DNA of 64,000 nucleotides from Cycas panzhihuaensis (taxonomy: Eukaryota; Plantae; Cycadophyta): NCBI GenBank assembly GCA_023213395.1, contig CM041465.1, positions 31,441,741-31,505,740 of the forward strand, written 5' to 3'. Below are positions 54,891-64,000 of the stretch, one piece after another. Under the pieces are notes generated by a model, which saw only the letters and a list, made by a program, of their open reading frames with translations, was not told the DNA's origin and made no database searches. Positions within the stretch are counted from its first letter, which is position 1; each line of letters begins with the position of its first letter. The position numbers and the translations under genes are program-made.

Positions 54891-57800
54891 TATTAGAAAT
54901 AATGTTTAATGTAAGTGTTGTCCATAGGGTTTAGTGGTCTAATGTTTAGTAGTCTAATGTTAATATTAGATGTGTATATGTCAAGTATTAGGAAGTATTT
55001 AATTATGTCATTAACTAGTGTGCCTGGCAGTTATCTTAATAATTTGATTATGTAGTTGGTTGAACATACAGTAGACATACACTATAAATATGTGTACTCT
55101 CATTCATTAATATAATTAATAAAGATCTTTCTTATGCCTTACTTATTATTATAAACATGATGAATATATTAGACCTATATATTTCACATGGTATCAAAGC
55201 AAGTTAGGTGAATACAAAAGACTAACCTCTGTGAGGTGTCTTTAGATAGAAGATTGAAAGAAATGCTTGGTCATTGAAAATGAAATGAAAGAGAGAATAG
55301 AGATCACTCGATCTACACTAAGTTAAGCCGTGGAGATAAAAAGAAGCCCGTCGTTGCCTTAGGTTAATTCTACGAAAGAGAGTCAATGGTTGTGAGCCCC
55401 TCTTGTTGATTATATATGTAAGTTGCCTATCTGTTCATAAGGAGAGAATACATGGAGCATAGATGCCCATTATGGAATAAATGCATGTCAAGCATGGTTT
55501 ACATAGCCACCATGAATAGAAAGAGAAATTGAAAACCTACTATTGTAATGAAAGGATCTAGATGATAAAGAAGGGTTGTTCACGCCTAGTCATAGTTTGA
55601 AGAAGGAAGAGTTGTAAAATAATTGGCAAGATATCTTGCTTAAAGGATGATTCATATAGACCCTAAAGAACCCACCTCTACATGTAAAGGGATAGCCCAG
55701 TCGTGGAAATAAAGTCACTCAAAGATGCCTGGATGTAAAGATGCACCTAGCAATTAAGAAAAGAAACCCATGTATATGAGCTAATTTAACATGAATCCTA
55801 ACTACCGGATTAAGACGTGTCAACCCTCGATTATGTGTTTTCCCCTAAGCAACCCTACCTTCATGCATGGCTAATTTTGGAACCTTCATAACCCCCTTGC
55901 GACCCTATATGAAAGATTAGTGTTTTATGCATGTGACTGTACTCCTCCATCTGTCTAAGTTTAGCAATAAATAATCATGGAGTTTGTTATTGCGTTCATT
56001 TGATTTTGAAGCTTGTGCTCATAAATTTCTGTCGCCACCACGATTTGTTCACCTGAAGACTATGATATTTGTTGCATGAAGTTAATGAAAAAATACAATC
56101 ATTTATGCCTCTGCTTATAGTTGTCAACTCGTATAGTGTTCCTATAGTTGACTTGACTAATCAAGCAGATTTTTGTAGAGAAATTTGATTAATGTAATAT
56201 GTTGCTTTGTGGAGAAATTTGATTAATGTAATTCATCAAATTGCAAAGAAATTTAATCGATATAATTTATCACTTCAAATTGTTGATACATATAAGTGAT
56301 TTTTTAGTACAAAATTTATTTTCTAAAGTTCATATCTAATTAAATCAAATTAGAGTTCTCTTCAAATCTATAGACATCAATTTGAATAGGGTGAATTTAA
56401 TTAGTTTTACAAAGTCAAATTTGGATTTAATAAGATTGGAATGCAATTTGGAGTTTGTTAACCCCTTAGCAGTTAAGTGTTTGGTCCTATGTAGTCTCAA
56501 TGTGACCTGTTGTTAATTTGTTAAGGGGGCTAAAGTCTTAACAACTTCAATTTATTTTTCATAAGGAGGTGTTTGTATGTTTTCCTTCATATCTTTACAT
56601 TTAGGAGTTTGATTTGCAAACTATTAGAACTGTATTTTAGAGACAGTCATTTTGATATATATTTTGAAGTATTTTGGTGTTGATTTAACTAAGTTATTTC
56701 AATTTAAAATAAGTGTATAAATCTTGTGTAACTCTTACTTATAGCCATGGAGGTGGATGACAATGGTTTTTGTACCTGAAAAGGATGAATATTACCTTAC
56801 AATTTTTTCCTTCCCTTTGCCTAAGTACATAAAATCAAACTATCGCCATTAAGCAAATAGAATGAAGAGTATATTTTTGTATAAAAGGGTTATAGGAAAT
56901 TATTACTAATGGATATGATATCATCACTAATGTAGAAGAAAGAGAAAATTAGGAAGAAGAATAAAACAATAATTGATGTTATTCTTACTATATTAGATAA
57001 AGATAAACTTCCTTCTTCTTATCATTTTCTCATTTATGCAATTCGTTATACTAGTACTACTAAAGAAGCTTAGAAACTTTTGAAGGATGTATTTGAAAAG
57101 ACTCTTGAAGAAATACAAAAGGTTGTTGAAAGGGCAAATAAGACTACTAATAGTTGTGATATAGGGAAACAAGATGAAAAAATTACTATTGAATTAATCA
57201 ACCTACAAAAGATGCTGAAAAAAAAGTTACTCTTGGGGAGCAGGCTACATATAATAACTTAACCAAAAATTAGAAAAAGAAGATGAAAAAGAGAGCTAAA
57301 AGGACAAATAGACTAACCATTTTAAATTTAGATAATGATAAAAAAGAATCCTTTGTCACTAATGACCCATACGAAAATGTTTCATTTTTTGAAGGAGAAA
57401 AGATATATGAATCCATTATTAAGGTTCATGATCATTGTGATGAAGTAACTAAAGTTCTTGTTGAGTCTATTAAAAGCATAGATATTTCTAATGATTTGGT
57501 TTTGAATTATCATTCAGAATTTGAAACAAGAGAAAAAAATGGGAAAATAGAGACAAAAAGGAACCATGTTAAATTGCCCTCACATATACTCTATCCTAAC
57601 TTTTTGAAGTACATTCTCCTATAAAAGGATGTTGTGATGCAGGTACTCAACGAATCTGAAAGTGTTATAGGAGATTTAACTCTAATCGCCAAACATTTCT
57701 TTCCATTAGAAATACAACATAATCATGGGGATACTTTGGTGGAAAGATTAGATGTCATAGTCACAATTGTAGCTGAAAATATCCTTGTTAGACTACATTT

Positions 57801-59083
57801 GTTGATTGGCCTTATAATTGAATGTATTTGTATAAAATTCCTTATACTTTTGTTTAGCATTAATGAATTCTTCACTTTCATTGATAAGGAAATTCATGTT
57901 GTCTTGGCATACTCTACAAGAATAGTGGAGATCAGTTTCAAAGACAATAAGATTACAATAAGATGTGTTACAACAAACTTAGAGGTTAATGGTTGTCAGA
58001 AAGTTGCATATGCAGGATCCCTTAAGATAAAGGTGGAATCGCTAGAGTCTAACCCTGCAATATAAGTTACATCAAAAACTACCTTGATATCTCATAATGT
58101 TGCAACTTATCAAGGAAGATGGACATCATTAATAACAAATAGTTTAGGATCCCTAATCATGATTAATTTAATGATTAAAATAGGAAAGTTTATTCGTGCT
58201 AGGTCTTTTGAATTCTCTCTAGGCATAGCATATGCAATTTTAGCTATGGTGGAAAGAGAGTTCTCTTTCAACAAGCATCAAGAAGAAATTATTCCTCCCA
58301 TACTTTTCTCTTTATAATCAAGTGTTGCTTTCAGAATCTTATTTCTCTAGCTTATATTCCTGGTTGATGAAAGTTGATCTCATAACATGTTTTTTTTATA
58401 GGATTGAGCAATTCAAACAGGTTGAAGTAAAACGCTGTAGAGAAAATGATTAAAGAAGTTTAATTTCTTTGGAAGAATCTATTCTGTTGGACATCAGGTT
58501 GAAGAAAGTCAAATTCAAGAATCATGTTCTACAATAGTAAGAACTCCATTAGAAAACCAAAGCAATAAGACAAGTTGAAGACTTCACACTTAAGAACTTT
58601 CTAAGGATGAAGTGCTACAAGTTTAAAAGGACTCCATTACACATTCTAAAGGGGAACTTTAAAAATTGTGTAGTACACATATGCCAATTATTTGTCTGCT
58701 AGTAGTTGGCCTTTAGGCGTGTTGGTCATTATAAAGCATATCTTTAGTACATATTGTTGTGTTGGCATTAAACATTAAAAGATAGTGTTAGAAGTAATAT
58801 TTAATATAACTGTTGTCCATAGGGTTTAGTGGTATAATGTTCAATAGTCTAATGTTGATATTAGAGGTATATGTGTCAAGTATTAGGAAGTATTTAATTG
58901 TGTCATTAATTAGTATACCTAGTGGTTATCTTAACGGTCTAATCATGTAGTTAGTTGAACATATGGTAGACATACACTATAAATATGTGTACTCTCATTC
59001 ATTAATATAATCAATAAAGATCTTTCTTATGCCTTACTTATTATTGTAAACATGATGAATATATTAGACCTGCATTTTTTACA
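54891..59083 (+). mobile_element. Non-autonomous gag-only (TR-GAG-like) LTR element H
   Basis: 298-bp LTRs at 54891-55188 and 58786-59083, TSD GAAAA, PBS tggtatcaaagc at 55189-55200, no RT or INT. Confidence 0.95.
56747..58650 (+). pseudogene. gag: Truncated copia Gag (C/D family) with a long novel C-terminal extension
   Basis: VFVPEKDEYYL..PLPKY..NY...DKLPSSYHFLIYAI...KEA*KLLKDVFEKT, followed by acidic and hydrophobic segments. Confidence 0.7.
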
Positions 59084-60029
59084 GAAAAAGCATAAAAAAC
59101 TTTGGGCACCATATAAGGAGCTAAAAAATGATCATACAATCATGCTAGATAGGAAGAGCATGAAAAGTGTTGTACAAAGGTGATCTGGGGCTTTTCAACA
59201 AGCTTTTAATTTACTCTAAAAATCCCTTAACATCCTATCTGGTATATGACTAGGGCTTGCTTATAAATAGGGGCTAGAAGATTGAACTTCAATAAATTAT
59301 TAAAAAAGATTTAATATAACCACATTGTAAAAAATAAATATTTGTCCTAAGTCTTCACCTCATTGAATATGCCAGAAAATAATTGTCTATGTCGAGATTG
59401 TAAATCAATGATTCTCGTCTTTTACCTTCTCATCAATCGAGTGCTTCCATGGCATTTGAGATTCTACTACTTTCATCATCCTCATCTATGTTTATATGTG
59501 ATGATCAAGATATTAGTCCTCATGGCTTGTTAGTGTGGGATGATCGAATCGTAGCAAAATCAATAGCCAAAATATGGCGTTTGACCAAGATTCGTGATTG
59601 TTAATGCATATATTTATGTGTCTACATTTAGCATATTCTCCCATGACAGGTGTTTATCAACTCCCATGTATGTACAACTTATTTCCTCAATGTTGGCATC
59701 TAACAAATAGATGGGTATCTTTGGTTTTACTCTATGTGAGTTGTATGACCAAACTTTATTTGACTAGGGAAAATTTATAGGAATTCAAAACTAACATGGA
59801 TGAAGAACCTAAATAAGTGGATAAACCTAATCACTTATGAAAATTAATTTCACAAGATGACATAAATTTCTCTCATTTAATTTTTATAATTCATAATATG
59901 TACTTTTATATAAACCTTATTCGAATATTGATCCTAAAAGGATTGACACATGAGCTGGGTTGACACGCCTTCAAGCTTGAGGATAAATGTTTTTTGAGAT
60001 TTTAGTAGAAAAATGCCTTTAGGTCTGTG

Positions 60030-63000
60030 CTTGGATAGGAATCCTAAATTTGAGCCAGAAAAAGATGAATCAGAAATTTCTTTCTTTATTGATTTGTTTA
60101 AAGAATAGCATACAAATTTATACCAACTTTAGATTGTTGTATACAGAACCTATAGGTGTTACATATAGGACATATCATCTATATACCTAACCATTAGTTA
60201 AGTCTTTTAAGTACTCTCTAAGTGATACATAAAAGAACCTAAAGAATATTATGAATATTAAGACTACACATATATATTAGGACTACACACAAATATTTAT
60301 CATTTCCTCCCTGCTTAGAAAGAAAGTGGCCCCAATTTCTATTATAGATGGGGAAACTACTCTTGGAGAACTATTTCAAAAATCCATTTGGATTTGGTGA
60401 GGAGAGTCTATTTCCTGCCAATGAGATATGTAGTAGTAGACTACTACCTAGTTTGCCATCTCCAAGTATCAAGAATGGTGTCTTCTTGAAGGAACAATTG
60501 AAAATCATGAATCGTATGAGGAGGATGAGCAGCTACTAATTCAGCTTCAAGTTGTGGTAACTCATACAATTGAATTGATTGATATCAATGACATCATGAA
60601 TGCCTAGATAAGCAGGCAGGTCAAGTTGGAAAGCATTTGGTTTGATACATTGAAGTATAATGTAAGGACCAAAATAGATAGGTTTAAGTTTATGGTGATG
60701 CTTAAATCTCTTACAGTCCAAATGAAGCCAAACTTATCATCGACTTGAAAGGAAGCTTTAGAGTGACGTTGATCTTGAACTCATTCATATTTGGCTTCTG
60801 TTTAGTAGAGTATGTGCTTGATTATAGAGTTTATCTTAGCCATGTGGTCAATAAAGGAGAGAGTTTTTCGTTGTTCATTATGTTTGTGGGCCATGAAGGA
60901 AGAAGGAACTATAAGGGGAAATTCATACAAGACAAGTGGTAAATATCCATAACAAATTTCAAATAGAGAGCAGCCAATGGAAACATGAGTTACTCTATTA
61001 TAACTATGATGGATATGGTGGATATGGGAGCCCCATTATTTATTTTTGTACTGGTAGATACGAAGTGCATATACTAATATCCTATTAATCACCTCTCTTT
61101 ATCCATATTTGGGGGTGGAAAGAGGTGGAAAACTTTAGCTGGTAGCTAAGTATTTTCCATAGATATTGCTAGAAATAACTAAAAAAATAATTATCTATGT
61201 CAGAAACTATAAAGAGGAGAAGACAATAGTGGGTCTTGATGTGTTGAAAAAATAATCTGATAGCTTAAGGTACGAAGATGTCTTTATTGCAAAGGATGAG
61301 AACACCCATTTTGGAAAAAATGACAAACAATGACAAAAATACAGTTGTGGCCTCATTGAATTGTGGGTAACCTACCTATAAAGTTTATCGAAATATATTC
61401 CCATGATCAGTTGAGAAGTTAAGAATAAAAAGAAACTCTAATCTTTCGATTAGAAGGCTTGGATTGGTTACATAAAGGGCAATTTTGGATATAATCCTCC
61501 ATTAACTTTGGCATGGATGGCTAGTAGAAGTAATGTTGGAGATGCAGAAGTGTTTTATGTGTCCCAAAACGTCTATCGTACATCGACGAATGAGCCTCCT
61601 TGAGTAGTTATTGACATTAAGCTCCCATAGCTATGCATAGTTAATTAAATTTATAGAGGAGACCATTTTTAATGTGATAATCTAGAAAAAGTTCTAGATT
61701 AGTTTATGTGTGATGAAATAAGGTAGTCAGTATAGGTCTAAATTATGGATTGGAAGGGAACAAATGCTACCATTTAGAATGTTCGCTGAAAGTAGTGTCT
61801 AAGAAGGTAGGCTAAGGTATGGAATGGAGGTCGGTTGAGAAAGTCGACTACTTTGTTTGACATACCTTTTTTGTATTTGGTCATGAGTTGAAATTGTTGT
61901 CTGTAAGAGGCCCATTTAAGGTGTCAATGCTCCTAGATTTTAAATTAGGAACTCAAAAAATAGAGAGGTTGATGATAAGTATGAACAATAGTTTCTTTTC
62001 TAATGAGAAAATGTCATCAATGATGGAGGGTTTATGCTAAAGCATAAAATTCTTTATCATAAGTACTATAGTTGAGCTTGGCTTGAGAAAACATTTCAGA
62101 ATGATAGGCTATTGGATGTCCCCCCTACTTAAGAATAGCACCAAGGGAAAATTGGGAAGTATCAGTCTTAAGTTTAAAATGTTGATTGAGGTTGGAGAGA
62201 TGGAGAATAAGTGCAATACATAAGGCAATTTTCAATTTTTGAAAAGTTGTTTTAGCGAATGAATTCCATATAAAATCTTTAGTACTTTTAGTAAGGATGT
62301 TGAGGGGATGTATGATGCTAGAAAAGTGGGAAATAAATTTTCTATAAAAGTTGATGCCACCAAGAAAACCTTTGCGCTCAGTGAGAGCAAAATGTGTGGG
62401 CTAACTTTGAATGTGTAAACCTCTTTTGGATTGACATAAATGCCAGCCTCATCAATGATGAATTCAAGGTGTAAGATAGATTATTATGCAAAGAAATATT
62501 TCTTGAACTTCACTCTAAGTTGATGTTGTCATAATAAAGCCATTATTGTGTCAGCATGTTGAAGATGCTCTTTAAAGGTGTCACTGAAGATCAAAATATC
62601 ATCGAGATAAACAATGACAATTTTTCCCAAGTGGGGGCAAAAAATATTGTTGATAAACTGCATGAAAGTGGTGGGGATGTTGGTTAAACCAAAAGGCATG
62701 ATTAACCATTTATAGAGGCCACTTTAAGTCTTGAATGTTTTTTTCCAAGAATTATAAGCTTCAGTATGAACTTAATGATAACCAAAATCCAAGTCAGTTT
62801 TAGTAAATTATTTGGCTCCTTTGAGATAATCAAGCAAATCGTCAATGCGAAGAAGTGGATACCAATTTTTTATAGTGATTTTATTAAGAGCTCAGTAATC
62901 AATACATAGGTTCCACTCTTTATATTTTTTTGGAATTAGAATTACAAGGGAGCCATAAGGGAAAAACTTGGTTGGACTTTTCCTTCATCAATTAATTGGG

Positions 63001-63660
63001 TAAGTCATCGCTCCAATTTGGCACAGGTGAAAGGAGTGGTGTGATATAGAGCTTAATTGGGAAGGGGAGACCCTAGAACAAAATCAATGAAATTTTGAAT
63101 AGCACATATGGAGAAAGGCCTTTAGGTTCTACGAAGGCATTAGAGCATGTATCTAAAATAAGTTTTATTGCTTTTGATGGAATTTTATTATAATTTTCCT
63201 TTTCATCTTGACAAATTACATAGAGTGTTATTTGCTTGGATGTATTGGCAAGTTTGACTGTACAATTTTCAGCAATGAGAGCTAATGATGGAGAAGCATT
63301 AGTCGCAAAAATAAGCTTATATGCTTTTCCATTTTTATGAAGTGTATAAGTATTGTAGAAGCCATCATACAATACTTGCCGATCATGCTGATATGGGTTC
63401 CCTAAGAGAAGGTTGTTGCAATCCATAGAAGTGACATCATAATCAATTGTATCTATAAATGTTAAAACAACAAAAGTGACATTAAAAATCTTGTCCACTA
63501 TTATTGTATGACTATACTATTAGCCATTATACACCCAAGAGTATAAGGTTTGGGATGTGGCTTAGTAGGTAACTATAGAGAATCAACAAGAGATTGAGAG
63601 ATGAGATTCTTCATGATATCATTGTTGATAATACAAAGAGCTGGAATTAACAAGTAGGTA
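60030..63660 (-). mobile_element. Degenerate Ty3/gypsy (CRM-like) pol with 3' LTR
   Basis: Protease region DVTSMDCNNLLLGNPYQHDR...DGFYNTYTL, RT, RH, INT end KLKPIYFGPYIIL...NAFQLDLP, PPT gcagggaggaaa followed by TG at 60302. The left LTR boundary is uncertain. Confidence 0.85.
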
Positions 63661-63689
63661 TTATTTTTTTCTTGGGTTAATAGCAATTT

Positions 63690-64000
63690 CCTAGAGCAGT
63701 AAAAGGCAACCTACAGTTGCCCTCTCATTCATAAAAGTTCAGTATAAGTCTATAGTCAGTGTAATATGTGAAGCAGTTTGGTTACGACAACTTCTAGCAG
63801 ATTTGGATCAGCGCCTAAAGGAGTCAATAATGTTATTCTGTAACAAGCAGAGTGTCATCAAGTTAACAAAAAATTTAGTTCTCCATACTCGAATAAAGCA
63901 TATTCAAGTATATTATCACTTCATTTGAGAAAAAGTTCAAACCAAAAAAAGAGATCTAGCATACTGTCCAACAAATGAGCAGATTGTTGGCATCTTAACA
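63690..64000 (+). pseudogene. copia RNase H C-terminal fragment
   Basis: SKRQPTVALS...CEAVWLRQLLADL...HTRIKHIQVYYHFI...CPTNEQIVGILT. Confidence 0.85.

Larger units (their letters stand above)
38296..59300 (-). mobile_element. Degenerate Ty1/copia element E (same family as A0), host of D, I/G and H
   Basis: 3' LTR at about 38296-38614 homologous to 4801-5070; RH/RT at 38640-39741 and 43852-44300; INT at 44600-45230 and 53891-54200; PR near 54560; knuckle CFYCNKQGHFSKNC near 54655-54700; leader homologous to 1480-1800. Confidence 0.8.

Overview
AT-rich plant nuclear intergenic DNA (probably a large-genome gymnosperm-like plant, which is an inference), made almost entirely of old, nested, stop-riddled LTR retrotransposons. 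I found no intact host gene, RNA gene or CRISPR array. Seven Ty1/copia-lineage elements have paired LTRs and a Met-tRNA PBS, six of them with 5-bp TSDs: B 12397-22156, C 13847-18002, J 24124-30038, F 31449-37892, D 39742-43846, G 46901-53668, H 54891-59083. There are also partial copia elements (A0, A, A', E) and three gypsy remnants (Tat/Ogre-like, chromovirus, CRM-like). C, D, F and H are non-autonomous gag-only elements. Main observation: in eight separate copia-type elements, the 5' leader between the PBS and gag looks like a mosaic of short (~15-30 nt) host-gene snippets, read antisense to the element. They resemble PPR genes in B, C, F, G, H and J, and LRR receptor genes in D and A'. F also carries longer, clearly recognisable captured fragments of a PPR gene and an O-fucosyltransferase gene. 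This suggests a retroelement-borne antisense array system directed at large host gene families. The short snippets were assigned by eye and need statistical confirmation.
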